DNA of 64,000 nt, taken from Octopus vulgaris (taxonomy: Eukaryota). Below are positions 1 to 13,338 of this stretch, in pieces. The notes beneath the pieces are model-generated. The model searched no databases. It worked only from the letters and a program-made list of their open reading frames with translations, and was not told where the DNA came from. The stretch is taken from positions 7,440,001 to 7,504,000 of the forward strand of contig OX597821.1 in NCBI GenBank assembly GCA_951406725.2, given 5' to 3'. Numbering within the stretch: position 1 is the first letter of the stretch; every line of letters starts with the position of its first letter. The position numbers and the translations under genes are program-made.

Positions 1-277
1 AAGAAACAATATATATTTAATCTGTAATATATTATATAATTACTATATATTTTTTGTATAAAACACTTGTATATCTATTCCATCCAGGATATCTTATGTA
101 TGTCACTCTCTTCATCTAATCAGCTTTTATTTTCTGTTTCTTCAGACCTTCTTGATATTAACCCACACATGGTTGATCTGGTTTGGTGATAGAAACTTCC
201 TGTTTTAAAATGATCTAAATTTAGACCTCACTTTCTTTGTTAATATGTCCCAGACGCCAGTTTAACAACAATGGTTA

Positions 278-556
278 TCTTTATATATAAAAGTAAGGTT
301 GTGTGTCTGTCTCCTACGATTTTTAAAAAATTTACCATCATTTTTTTCTATTTTAATGCATTTTTTTCGCTATTATATAAGGGAAGTAACTCTCTAAAAA
401 TGTTTATGATGAGTCAACGATTTAAAAAAAAAATTACCATCATATTTTTTTCCATTTTTAATGCATTTTTTTGCTATGTTTTGGCTATAACTCTCTAAAA
501 ATGCTTATATAGTTATTTCCCTTACAAACCCAAGCAACGCTGGGTGATACTGCTAG
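278..556 (+). mobile_element. Non-autonomous Helitron
   Basis: A|TC at 277-279; ends CCCAAGCAACGCTGGG hairpin ...CTAG|T at 553-557; 3' ~90 bp shared with element 30908-31283. Confidence 0.8.
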
Positions 557-671
557 TTTTTACTAAATATTTCATAATAAAAAATAAAGGCAGTGTATTT
601 CTATGGAAATTTGGTAATGAAAGGCTTAACTCCTTAGCATTCAGATTACTGTAAAATATATCTTTTTTTTT

Positions 672-1053
672 TCTTTATCTTTTACTTGTTTTAGTCATTA
701 GACTTTGGCCATGCTGGGGCACCACCTAAAAGAATTTTTAGCTGAATAAACAAATCAACCACAGTACTCAGTTATTTTGCTAAGTCTGGTACTTATTTTA
801 TCGGTCTCTTTTGCTAAGTTATGGGGACATAAACACACCAAGACTGGTTGTCAAGCAGTGATAGGGGACAGACACACACACACACACACACAATGGCTTT
901 CTTTCAGTATCTACCTATCAAATCTACTCAAAAGGTTTTGGTCGGCCTGAGTCTATAGTAGAAGACAGTTGCCCGAGGTGCCATGCATTGGGAGTGAACC
1001 TGGAACCATGTGGTTGGGAAGCAAGTGTCTTACCACACAGCCACATCTGCGCC
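672..1053 (-). mobile_element. SINE family A (tRNA-derived, internal microsatellite)
   Basis: Colinear with the young copies at 10316 and 60303; tRNA-like head at the 1053 end, (CA)n core, GTAAAAGA-type tail. Confidence 0.85.
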
Positions 1054-1233
1054 TATAGTAAAATATATTGATCATTTATTCACATTGATTTGAATTAATC
1101 ATGCATTATTTTATAACTTCGAGATTTCTATGATGTAATTGTTTATTTCTAGAATGGCAATGTAGGGTAGGTGTAAGAGGTTGGATCTGATCAGTTTCAA
1201 TCTAAAGCAAAGCAGTATTTTTGGGCCAGATAA

Positions 1234-1672
1234 TGGTTTCAAATTTTGGCACAAAGCCAGCAAGTTCAGGAACGGGGTTAAGTCAATTACATTGACCCTA
1301 GTACTCAACTGGTACTTATTTTATCAACCCTGAAAGGATGAAAAGTAAAGTTACCTTGGTGGAATTTGAACTCAGAATGTAAAGACAAACAAAATGCCAC
1401 TAAGCATTTTGCTTAGTATACTGATTCTGCCAGCTTGCTGCCTTAATAATAAGAAGAAGAAGAAGAAAAAGGGTTTCAAATTTTGCCACAAGGGCAGCAA
1501 TTTTGGGGAACATGATGAGCCGATTACATCTACCACAATGTTCAACTGGTACTTATTTTATTGACCCTGAAAGGATGAAAGGCAAAGTCGACTTTGGCAG
1601 AATTTGAACTCAGAAAATAAAGGTGGACGAAATGCTGCCAAGCATTTTGCTCAGCGTGCTAACGATTCTGCC
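1234..1672 (-). mobile_element. Two tandem SINE family B copies (tRNA head plus Meta/MESC-like core)
   Basis: Reverse complement of GAGCTGGCAGAA...GAGTTCAAAT...TTTGCCTTTCATCCTTTCGGGGTCGATAAA.TAAGTACCAG, twice, separated by (AAT)/(AAG) tracts. Confidence 0.8.
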
Positions 1673-2115
1673 TTAATAATAATAATCCTTGCCTTCATAA
1701 TAATAATGATGATGATGATGATATTTTTTTTATAAGAAATAGTAGAAGAAAATGCACAAATGTGTTAAAAAACAAAATGTCTGAATTCTAAATTTAGCAA
1801 TGGCTGATGGTGTAAAAGTTGTTTTGTGTGTTATGAACTATTTTACATACAAATATGTCCTTCAGTGTTTTCATGGTTCACTAAATACTTCACCCCACTC
1901 CTACTACTGCTATTTCTTTCTCTCTGTAATACTTATCTCTCTTCCTCACCATCTCCTTCCCCTGTCTGTCTGCCTCTCTCTCTCCTTGTCTCTTTTTCCT
2001 CACCTCTCTCATTCTCTCATTTTTCTTTACTCTTCTCTCACCCACTCTTTTCTGTCAGGCAGTCCATTTTCACTTAGTAAAATAAGTACACTCCCTAGAA
2101 ACTATTTTGAAAATG

Positions 2116-2152
<37 letters not shown>

Positions 2153-2274
2153 TATATTATATTAAAATTTATTTCAAGATGAATGAAGCCATATATGGTG
2201 TGTGTGTGTGTGTGTGTGTGTGCTTCTATGGTGTATATACACATAGCTCATAATAATAATAATAATAATGATAA

Positions 2275-2840
2275 TCCTTTCTACTAAAGACACAAGGCCA
2301 GAAATTTTGTTGAGGTGGTGGTGGTGGTGGGGGGTCTAGCTGATTGCATCAACTCCAGTGTTTCCCTGGTACTTAATTTGTTGACCCTGAGAGGATAAAA
2401 GGCAAAGTTGACCTTGGCGGAATTTGACCTCTGAACGTAGCAACAGGCGAAATACTGCTAAGCATATTGCCTGCTATGCAATAATAATAATAATGATAAT
2501 AATAATGGTTTTAGATTTTGGCACAAGGACAACAACTTTTGGTGGGAGGAGATGAGTCTATTACATCAACCCCTGTGTTCAACTGGTACTTATTTCATAG
2601 ACAGTGAAAGGATGAAAGGCAAAGTCAACCTCAGTGGAATTTGAACTCAGAATGTAACGATTGGCAAAATACCATTAAGCATATTACCCAGCATGCCACC
2701 TTCAAATAGGAATGGTTTCAAATTTTGGTACAAAGCCAACAAATTCTGGGAACTGGGTAAGCCAATTACATCGACCCTAGTGTTCAACTGGTATATATTT
2801 TATCAACACTAAGACAAAGTTGACCACAACATCATTTGAA
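2275..2840 (-). mobile_element. Cluster of three SINE family B copies in (AAT)n tracts
   Basis: Same core motif three times, same orientation, with (AAT)n tracts between and flanking. Confidence 0.75.
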
Positions 2841-2868
2841 TAATAATAATAATAATAATAGTAGTAGT

Positions 2869-3237
2869 AACAAGAGCACTCAGAAAGTGCAAACCTCCAT
2901 CAAGGCAACACTAACGTCCTCTCAACGATTAGCCAGAGAGGATTTTTAAAATGAGAATATCTGAAATAAACTTGACTGCTCTCACAAACAAGGATACTAA
3001 AAATGAACCTGACTTCTCTCAAAAATTAAGTAAAAAAAAACAGGAAAAATAATCCAAAATCCTTGTCTGGTACTGGATTGATCCTAAAATTTAATCAGTT
3101 TGTGCCAGTCAAGAGACAAAACATCCCTGAAAGTTTCATCCAAATCCATCCAGCAGTTCTTGAGATATCTTGTCCAAGGACAAACAAACAAACGCGACTG
3201 AAAACAATTCCTCCACCTTCACTAAGGTGAAGATATT
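2869..3237. mobile_element. Helentron/HINE-like non-autonomous element
   Basis: AACCTCC..CAAGGC near one end; AAGTTTCATCCAAATC motif, (CAAA)n and a terminal hairpin CCTCCACCTT...AAGGTGAAG at the other. Confidence 0.5.
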
Positions 3238-3280
3238 GATAATAATCTAGAGTATAACAAACTAGACCTAGTGGTTAGAG

Positions 3281-3614
3281 CAGGGATTCTCAACCATTTT
3301 TAACTATGGACCCCTTCAATTACTATTTTATTCTTGTGGACCTCCAACAGCCGTTCGATGTTTATAAACACATTTTGAAAGATTCTTCTTTCAAAATTCC
3401 TGTCTTGTTTTTTGCACATTAACTTGTGTAGGTAGAACTGTGTAAACTTGGCTGTTTCTTGCAATGCATACCAATAAATACATCATACATAAAATTTTTT
3501 AAAGGGCCCTTGAAATACTACTGTGGATTCCAATCTACTATTTTGTTATATGGCCCCCAAAAAATCTTACATGGACCCTGAGAAGCCATACGGCCCCCAT
3601 TTGAGAGCCACTTG
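3281..3614. mobile_element. hAT (Charlie-like) MITE
   Basis: TIRs CAGGGATTCTCAA / TTGAGAGCCACT; homologous to 30256-30607, 17345-17652 and 38657-39300. Confidence 0.7.
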
Positions 3615-3659
3615 TCTGGAGTATAACAGACTGAACTTAGTGGTGGTGGACACTTATAC

Positions 3660-3962
3660 AAAATAGTCCAGCTATGGAAAATGAAGAAGGTGAAGACAGT
3701 GCCAATTATTGCTGGGTCCTTGGGGACAGTACCAGAAGGCATCAAGAGGAATATAAAGGAAATCAGAATAGAGAGCCTAGTAGAACTGTTACAAAAGGTT
3801 TGCCACCTTTGCACGGCCTGAATAATCAAGAAAGCATTTGATAGTTGAAAAGAACAAATAACATGGTATTGTAAACTGCAGGTAGCAAGCTTGCTATGCA
3901 TGCAGGAATCCAGGAGTTCCAAACAAAATCTGAGTTAAAAGAATAAAAATAATAATAATAAT
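3660..3962 (+). pseudogene. 3' remnant of R4/Dong-type non-LTR retrotransposon (restriction-like endonuclease C-terminus)
   Basis: Reads IVQLWKMKKVKTVPIIAGSLGTVPEGIKRNIKEIRIESLVELLQKVCHLCTA*IIKKAF, matching the RLE C-terminal pattern LW...VPIVIGALG...LLQK..LLGTA.I; ends in (TAA)n. Confidence 0.75.
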
Positions 3963-4695
3963 CTTTATTATTTTTTATGCATATACCCCTTCTTTTTCAG
4001 TGTATACTTCCTTTCTTGCCTTTTTTTTTATCATTTCACTATATGTAAACTCCCACACTTTGTCTTCGTATTGTCCCCCTCAACTTTTGCCCTTGTGGCA
4101 AACAAATGAAATCATCATCATCATCATTATTATTATTATTGTGTGAGAGAGCAGTGCATGCCATCAAAGTGACACTGGGGTAAAATATACGAAGCCCAGT
4201 ATACCCATCATGACCACCTGTCTGATAAGGGTACACCAGGCACATGCATCACAACCATATGTGTGCGACATGGTGATCTCATATCAAGATAAACAGCGCA
4301 TGACCTTGCAGGTGGGGCCCAGTTAGAATTTTTATTCTGGTCGAGTAACCCATTCCGCTCAAGAAGTCCCTGAATAAGGGTTGTTTAAGGATGTTGAATG
4401 AAACACCCATGTTTCCAGAGGTGAATTATTCAAACCCCAAAGAATCCCTCTCAACACATGGCTATGATGCTCCCCAACTACTTCTGCTCGTGATTAGAGA
4501 TGCACATATCGTCAGCCACTAAGGGACATGCTCAACTGGTTACGGTCAAACAACTGACAAGCAAATCTGTGGTATTGAGCAGAATATTTGCTGTAGCCCA
4601 TCTTTTATACCAAGACAAAACAATGTACATGATAACACTTCCAATCAGTTAAGATCAGAAGCCATGAGAGCCACTGCCTGGTACTGCATCAGGGC

Positions 4696-4747
<52 letters not shown>

Positions 4748-6204
4748 TTCTGATTGAATTGCAGTTCATCTTCTGAGAATGTGGGCAGTTGATGTCAACA
4801 CGATTTTTGGTTTATTATCTTATTAGCCACAGGGGCATAGATGAGGGGTCATCGCAAGGATTGATGAGTAGCAAAGTCTGGGCTGGCACCTACTTTGTTC
4901 TGTTTGATACCCACCCCATTCCAAGGCACCGTTACATCCACCCAATGAAAGAAGGAGCCTCTACATCAGGCTTGGGGGTTGACAAGGTTCACTGTGAGCT
5001 GGACTATGTTATTAAAAAACAAAAGTCAAGATAATTTTTCATTAGGCTTTGTAGGCCACAATTTGCCCATGTCTATTTTATGTGGCCATGTTGACTTTGA
5101 AATAGCAGCCAAACAAATTTTCCTCAAATGACACACCTTAAGAAGGCTGGGGTAGTGTCTATCACATAATGTATTTTTAGATACAACATCCGGAAAGACA
5201 GGACAAGACAGTCACAGTTGGGATAATTTAGATCATAGATACCCTGAATCAGATCAAGGTCAGCATGACATTGAGCTACTAAAAATAAAACACAAGAAAG
5301 AAAAAGTGAAGAGTAAAAGGAGAATATGAAAATGGCTTACCTCCCACCTATTCACTGTACCCTCTTATACAATAAATAAAATTTTTTTGTTGATTTACAT
5401 TCAATGCCAGAGATTGTTAATTGGTCTGTTTGCATACGATTGGGGCAGATAGGCAGCTGTTATATATGTTTCTATTTGTATGAGATTGCTTTCCTAATAA
5501 GGTAATTCAGTATAACAGTTTGGGGCGGGGGGTGGGGGTCAGTTAAGTTTTCTTGTTTTGTGATAGGGCCATACTTTGAAGATCTTTCTCTTGTTTTTCC
5601 TCTTACTTGTTTCAATCATTGGATTGCAGCCATGATAAGGCACCACCTTTGAAAAGGTTTTAGTCAAATGACTAGATCCCCAACACTAATTTTTAAGTCC
5701 TGTATTTGTTCTGTTTCAGGTCTTTTGCCAAATCACTAAGTTATGGGGCTGCAAACAAACTAACAAGGATTGCCAAGCAGCGGTGATAGTGGGAGAGAGG
5801 GGACAAACATGGACATACGTACATACAAACATATCATTATCATCATCCTTTAACATCCATTTTCCATGGGTTGGATGGTTTGACCAGAACTGGGGAGCTA
5901 CACCAGGTTCTAGTCTGATTTGGCTTGGTTTCTACAGTTGGTTGCCCCTCCTAACACCAACCACTTTACAATGTGTGCTGGGTGTTTTTAACATGCCACC
6001 AACATGAGTGCTTTTTACATTGCACCAGCACAGGACTCTAGCAAGCCAATCCTCTTCACCCGGGGATGCAGCCATAACACTTCTGTTCTGTAGGACAGGT
6101 CCTTTGTCATCTCTTCTGAAAGGACCAGCGTCCTGAGGTCATCCTTCAGTATCTCATCCCTAGTACATATACATAGTTTCTGTCAATCAAAAACCACAGT
6201 ATTG

Positions 6205-6429
6205 GAGCTGGCAGAAACATTAGCGCGCCGGGCGAAATGCTTAGTGGTATTTCGTCTGCGTTATGTTGTGAGTTCAAATTCCGCCGAGGTCGACTTTGCC
6301 TTTCATCCTTTCGGGGTCGATAAATTAAGTACCAGTTACACACCGGGGTCGATGTAATCGACTTAATACCTATGTCTGTCCTTGTTTGTCCCCTCTATGT
6401 GTAGCCCCTTGTGGGCAGTAAAGAAATAA
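6205..6429 (+). mobile_element. Young SINE family B copy with alternative tail
   Basis: CpG-rich copy; tail TGTCTGTCCTTGTTTGTCCCCTC...GAAATAAG; flanked by AGTATTGG direct repeats. Confidence 0.85.
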
Positions 6430-6872
6430 GTATTGGTCTGCTTGAGGCTTTATAAGAAGACATTTACCCCAGATGCTGCAGAGTGGGACTGAACCTGAAA
6501 TTATGTGATTTCAAAGTGGGCTTCATAACCACTCAATCATGCCAAACATTTGGCTGATGGATGAAACAGGGTACTTCTTAGAAAATCTATTATCATCTTC
6601 ATCAGTTAACACTTTTTCATGCTTGCATAGGTAAGATGAAATTTGTTGGGGCAGATTTTTTTTTATGACCAGATGCTCTTCCTGTCACCAATCCTTACCT
6701 GTTTTCAAGCAAGGTAATATTTTCACATGGTTAGATATGTTTTTACAGAAGGCTGAACACAAACAAACAAGCCCGCTTGCATGACAGTGATGTTCATTTA
6801 CAACCATCACATGATGTCTAGCCACGGGCTACACACAAATACATACATACATATATATATATTTATATATAC

Positions 6873-7077
6873 CGGAGTAAACACATAAATGTGAAACAAG
6901 GTGGAAAAAAGAGCACTCAAATACCAGGAGTAGAGTAATATGCTTTATTTAAAGGCAGCAGAAATTCAACAAAACCTGTTACTTGGAGTTTCACGTTCCC
7001 ATTTGTCAACGAACGGGAACGTGAAACTCCGAGTAACAGGTTTTGTTGAATTTCTGCTGCTTTTAAATAAAGTATAT
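6873..7077. mobile_element. Asymmetric palindromic Penelope-like insertion with decayed hammerhead motif
   Basis: ~65-bp inverted arms (6938-7077) plus one-sided extension, inside (TA)n; ACG-GGAA-CGT-GAAA-CTCCGAG-TA-ACA at 7013-7038. Confidence 0.6.
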
Positions 7078-10000
7078 ATATATATATATATACACTCACA
7101 CATACATGTCTGAATATATGTATCTGTATGTATGTACAACAAGCTTCTTCAAGTTTCTGTCTACCAAATTCCCTCAGAAGGCTTTGGTCAGCCTTGGGCT
7201 ATAGTAGAACATAGCTGCCCTTGGTGCCATCCAGTGGGGCTGAAGCAAAGTCTGGTTGGAAAGCAAGCTTCTTATCCACACATTCATACCTGCACCTGTC
7301 TTTGTTTACCTATGCCATCATATAGGGGTCCATATACAGCATGGGCTCCCAACTTCTGGTGGATTTTTTGGTGTACAATCATGCCATGTGGAACGTTGTG
7401 GGAATTTTATACCCAGCAGAGCTCATCACTCTTTGAGTTGGAACACAAGTGATTCCTTCCTGAAAGAGTGACAGACAGACAGACAGAGCAGAATTGACTC
7501 TGTACAGAACTGGTACTTTATTTATTGAGTAAAAGACAAAGTTGACCTCAACAGGATTTAACTCTGAGTACAGAGATTAAGAACGAATATAATACTGCAA
7601 GACAATCTGTCTGATGGCCTACAATCTCTGCCATTTGGCCTTGTCTTGTTTTTATATGTGTATGTTTGAGTTTTGTAAAATAATATGGTTTAGTGTTCTG
7701 CTAGGAGAGGTGAGCCCTGACATTCTAGGTAGAACCCTTCTTATCCCATGGCTGTATGGTTAAGGATCTTGCTTTGCAGTCATGTCGTTTCAGGTTCTGT
7801 CACACTATATGGCACTTTGGGCAAATGTCTTCAGCCCAAGGCTGACCAATGCTTTTTAAGTAAATTTGGATGATGGAAACTTTGTGGAAGCCCATTGTGT
7901 GCGTGTGTGCCTTTATCTTTCAGTTTGTCCCCCTCTTGTCAACCAGAATTAGCTTGTTTAAACTGCTATAACTTAGTGGTCTGGTGAAAGGCATCAATAG
8001 CAGAAGCACCAAACTAAGCCCTTCAATGCAGTAATCCAGCATGGCCACAGCCCAATGTAAAAGAAAAACTAAAATGTATTTCACTAATTTCACCAGGTTT
8101 CCTTTGTGTTTGTGAAACCCAATCGTATGGATGATGCTTAATAGACCCTAGATTTCTGACCACATCATGCTGATTCAAACTGATGAGATCAAACTAGATC
8201 AAAATAGTAGCCATCTACGAATGTTAAGGACTGTGATTAAAATGGAAAAAGAAAAACAATTTAGTCCAATGCATAAAGATAACATATTTTATTTATATCT
8301 TTCATTTCACTCGCAAAAATACATAAATAAATAAAAGCAATATGGATTCTTGATGATAACTCCCTCTCTTGCCACAGTAAAAAAACTGCCTACTGATATA
8401 TTTGTTTGTGTGTATTGTGTGTGTCTGAGTGCTGCACTTTGTTTAGAGTGTCATGGAATATTAAAAGAAGCAGTGATTTATAGCAGAGTGTCTTATGGGA
8501 GTACTGAACACATGTGAAATATTTATTTATTTATTTTGTTTGTTAATTTTATTTATTAATTTGTTCATTACAGAGATTTGTAGTTAGTCAAATACAAGTC
8601 GGGTAGGTGCATGTGTGTGCATAGAGCTTCATAATACTTAATGATTTAAAGCCAAAATAACTAATAGCTACACATTACTTAGTATCCATGGAGAAGATGG
8701 AGAATTGGGGAAAAGTCTAAGTGTATACTGCCAGAAAATGCCTGTGTATAATGATGCCAACAGAAGAATTTCTGAGATCTACAGTGATTAATATAGATTT
8801 TAAATTTTGGCATAAGGTTAGCAAGTTTTGGGGGAAGGGGTAAGTTGATTATAACGACCCCTGTGCTCAACTGGTACTTATTTTATCAACCCCAAAAGGA
8901 TGAAAGGCAAAGTTGATCTCAGCAGGATCTGAACTCAGAGACTCAGAATATAAGAGCAGATGAAATGCTTCTAAGCATACTAACGATTCTGCCAGCTTGC
9001 TGCCTTTATAGTGATTAATATCAAAATTAGCTGACTGAATCGCTACTGTGTTGCAAAAAAGTACTTAGCAGCATTTCTTCCAATTTAACAATCTGAGTTC
9101 ATCTTCCACCAAGGTCAGCTTTGCCTACCATTCTTTCAGGGTCGATAAACTAGGTACCAGCTGAACACTGGGGTTGATATAATCGACTTACTCGCTCCCC
9201 CAAAATTGCTGGCCTTGCTCAAGACTCCAGGAGTTTGGGGGAGTATAGAAATACCCTTATTCCCAGGCTCCCTTTAGACACCACTGTCCCTGACTTGGGA
9301 TTATAGTCCCTGTGAAGGGTGGCCCCAGTTATGGATCAATTAACAGAATTTGGTCCTATGGTTATGGCATACTTGATTTGAAGGTGGGGTGGTCCCTAGA
9401 CATGTGTCATACATGACCCATTGATGTGTGGGCATACCCTGATATTATGTGGACTGGTCAAGTTCCTTGAGCCATAGGTTCTACTCCCCAGGTCTGGGTT
9501 TAGATATTCCTCTTCTGGATGGGACACCAGTCTGTCACAGAGTCACTTATTTTTGCCAGTTGAGAATAGAGTGGAGAAACATGAAATGAAGCGATTTGCT
9601 GCTGAACACACTGCATCGGCTGCTCCAGGAATCAAAACCATAATCTTAGGATCATGAGTGCAGCTGTAAACCACAGAGCACCACATGTGAGCCAGTGTCC
9701 TTACTTAAAAGTTAAATAGACCCTGTGCCTGAAGGTTAAGGATACCAGCAGAGTAAATATAAATAATCAAGTGAGAGGAAATGCAAAACACCAGTGGTGT
9801 ATCTTACCCGCAAAAAATCATGTCTTTTCAGACTTCTGAATGGATGCGCAGACACAGCTGTGTGGTTAAAAATCTTCCTTCCTAATCATGTAATCTTGTG
9901 TTCAAACCCACTGCAAGGCATTTTTGGCTTGTGGCTTCTACTGTTGTCAACCAAAGCCTTGTGAATGGATTTGCTAGACAGACACTGAAAAAGGCTCATC

Positions 10001-10315
10001 ACACATGCACACACACACACACACACACACACGTGTTATACAAGCAGTGTCAATCATTTCCAATATTCTTTGAAAACCTGTCTGGCCATTGAAAACTATT
10101 ACCTTGCTTGGAAACCGGTTAGAAAATCTGCTTGAATAAACTCCATTTAACCCATTCAAGCAAACGTTTAAACAATGATGACGATGACATTAGAAATTCT
10201 AGTTAAATTATTAAACTACCATGCTTTGATTCCACATTAGAAAGTGGGGCTAATTTACATTGACTCTCGGAACTGGTGCTAAATTTTTAAAAATTATTTT
10301 AATTGCCACTGCATA

Positions 10316-10486
10316 GGCGCAGGAGTGGCTGTGTGGTAAGTAGCTTGCTTACCAACCACATGGTTCTGGGTTCAGTCCCACTGCGTGGCATCTTGGGCAA
10401 GTGTCTTCTGCTATAGCCTCGGGCCGACCAAAGCCTTGTGAGTGGATTTGGTAGACGGAAACTGAAAGAAACCCGTCGTATATATG

Positions 10487-10525
<39 letters not shown>

Positions 10526-10706
10526 ATGTTTGTGTGTCTGTGTTTCTCCCTCTAGCATTGCTTGACAACCGATGCTGGTGTGTTTACGTCCCCGTCACTT
10601 AGCGGTTCGGCAAAAGAGACCGATAGAATAAGTACTAAAGGTGGTGCTCCAGCATGGCCGCAGTCAAATGACTGAAACAAGTAAAAGAGAAAAGAGTAAA
10701 GAGAGA
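10316..10706 (+). mobile_element. SINE family A, young copy
   Basis: A-box TGGCTGTGTGG, B-box GGTTCAGTCC, internal (TA)n(TG)n, tail GACTGAAACAAGTAAAAGAG; ~40-bp internal deletion versus 60303. Confidence 0.9.
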
Positions 10707-11025
10707 GTGCCAAAGATGCCAACATTGCCGTGAAAATACAAGACCAGGTACTGCAACAGCTTGGGTTTCAAGAGCCCTACAGCTCTTCAATATTCTTCCA
10801 AAATGGTGTGGATGTAGGTGTTTTCAGAGCAAAACTGGTTCTCCTCCTGTCAAGGGTTCTGGATGAGCCTATCTCACAGCAGGAAACGCAGATGAGGGCA
10901 GCAACATCAAACTCCCTCATTCACCAAATGCCGCAATATCAGAGGTGATTTCAAATGGTGAAGGTTTAGCTAAGCCAACGGTGGTGCCCCAGTGTTCAAA
11001 TTGAAACTAGTAAAAGAGAGAAATA
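10707..11025 (+). pseudogene. 3' end of CR1-group LINE (ORF2 C-terminus plus 3' UTR)
   Basis: Frameshifted VPKMPTLP*KYKTRYCNSLGF/RALQLFNILPK/GVDVGVFRAKLVLLLSRVLDEP...RAATSNSLIHQ, stop at 10948; 3' UTR resembles the SINE A tail. Confidence 0.7.
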
Positions 11026-11268
11026 AATCTTTTAACTGACCGCATTCAGGCACTCACTGAATTAAACAGCAAAATTATTTTGTATTTTAACTACCATTAT
11101 TAAACTCAGTCCAAACCCATTTCATCTGGCCATTTTGTAATTGTAACATCATCACATCTGTCGCCCTTGTTGTAGTAATTGCAGAATCAATTAAATTATG
11201 GTAAATATAGTAATTTTTTTTTGTTGTTTTTGTTTTTCCCTTTCAATTATTATTATCATTATTAGGAA

Positions 11269-11670
11269 GGCAGCTAGCTGGCAGAATTATTCAAACGCCA
11301 GACAAAATGCTTAGTATTTCGTCTGCTGCTATGTTCTTAGTTTAAATTCCACTGAGGTCAGCTTTGCCTTTAATACTTTCAGGGTCGATGAATTAATTAC
11401 CAGTTACACACTGGGGTCAATATAATCAACTAGCCCTCTTCCCCAAAAGTTTTCAAGGCCTTGTGTCTAGAGTAGAAATAATGATAATAATAATAATAAT
11501 TATTATTATTATTATTATTAAGGTGGTGAGCTGGCAGAATTGTTAGCATGCTGGGTGAATTGCTTAATATTTCATCTGTTGCTACATTCTGAGATCAAAT
11601 TCTGTCAAGGTTGACGTCGCCTTTCGTCTTTCAGGCTCGATAAAGTAAGTACCAGTGAAATACTGGGGTT
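11269..11670 (+). mobile_element. Two tandem SINE family B copies
   Basis: GGC/TGGTGAGCTGGCAGAA heads at ~11269 and ~11522, core motif, (AAT)n(ATT)n spacer. Confidence 0.75.
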
Positions 11671-11738
11671 TCCACCTTGGCATCTAAAACTCGGAGTTTT
11701 ATCATGGCTACCAAATAATAGTCACATATTACTTTTAC

Positions 11739-11804
<66 letters not shown>

Positions 11805-12100
11805 GCAAGCTATGACCCTAACAAACTTCTTAGTTCTTAGAAGTATAGTATACTCTGAGTCACATTAGTAGCAACATGGACCTTTTCCCTCTTCTTGCTC
11901 TATTAGAGAATTGGAGTAAAATTATATTAATGTGTCCAACTGATTAAAAAATTATATTTAATTTATGCAGCTGAGGATAGCCCTGCATTTAATTTGATTT
12001 AATGATTCCATTGTTCAATTAAATGAAGCCGCTTGAAACGGTCGTACTGCATCACCTCTTGACATCCTGTTGCTTATTTTGATTATATATATATATATAT

Positions 12101-12500
12101 TACTCTTTACTCTTTTACTTGTTTCAGTCAGTTGACTGCGGCCATGCTGGAGCACCGCCTTTAGTCGAGCAAATCGACCCCGGGACTTATTCTTTGTAAG
12201 CCCAGTACTTATTCTATCAGTCTCTTTTGCCGAACCGCTAAGTGACGGGGACGTAAACACACCAGCATTGGTTGTCAAGCAATGCTAGGGGGACAAACAC
12301 GGACACACAAACACACACATACATATATATACATATATACGACAGGCTTCTTTCAGTTTCCGTCTACCAAATCCACTCACAAGGCATTGGTTGGCCCGAG
12401 GCTATAGCAGAAGACACTTGCCCAAGATGCCACGCAGTGGGACTGAACCCGGAACCATGTGGTTAGTAAGCGAGCCACTTACCACACAGCCACTCCTGCG
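12101..12500 (-). mobile_element. SINE family A, young near-full-length copy
   Basis: Near-identical reverse complement of 59850-60251 and 60303-60703. Confidence 0.9.
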
Positions 12501-12531
12501 TATATATATGTATATATATATATGTGTGTAC

Positions 12532-12562
<31 letters not shown>

Positions 12563-13166
12563 TGAACATATGTACTGCACTGTGTGTGCCTGTAGTCAGT
12601 TTTCCATTCAATGTGTTTTTTTTGTTTTTTAATTTCTATTTATTTATTTATTATAGTTTCTTCTTCCCTCACCAGTTCTATGATATTGATTTCTTTCTTT
12701 TGCCCTTTCTTCTTTGCTTGAGATTTCCTTCTGGTTAAAAACTTCTTCGAAATTAATCATTATATGTATGTGTATGTAGGTATATGTATATATGTGTACA
12801 TGTATGCTTGTATGTTTGTACATGTATGCTTGTATATATGTATATATATATGTATCTGTATGTGTGTGTATATTTAGATATTGCTGTTGTTTCTGTTCTA
12901 CACGTCTATCATTCCTTTTTTTCTTTACCACATGATGTTTTTGATGTGATGAAATTATTTCAAGTTTTAACAAGAATTATTAGAAAATATTTTTTTCTTT
13001 ACATACTATCTCCTCCTCATCCTCCCCCCTCTCTCTCTCTCTCACTCACTCACTTTCTCTTCCCCCCCCTCTCTCTCTCTCACTCACTGAAATACATTGT
13101 TATAATTTTCATGAAAATATTTCATGTTTCAACAAGAATTATTAAAATTTTTAGAAAAGCTTCTTT

Positions 13167-13167
<1 letters not shown>

Positions 13168-13210
<43 letters not shown>

Positions 13211-13235
13211 ATATATAAATTGATAGATATAGATA

Positions 13236-13276
<41 letters not shown>

Positions 13277-13301
13277 ATATATAAATTGATAGATATAGAT
13301 A

Positions 13302-13338
<37 letters not shown>

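Noticed and set aside
1234-3962. SINE B mobilised by the Dong-like element because both associate with TAA repeats
   Set aside because: No shared tail, and strand polarity is opposite: SINE B sense ends in (ATT)n, Dong in (TAA)n
10316-10390. tRNA gene (A and B boxes)
   Set aside because: SINE head; continues into the SINE body in many copies
10349-10558. Recurrent peptide SVSVYQIHSQGFG...EDTCPRCHAVGLNPEPCG suggesting a gene family
   Set aside because: Antisense reading of SINE A
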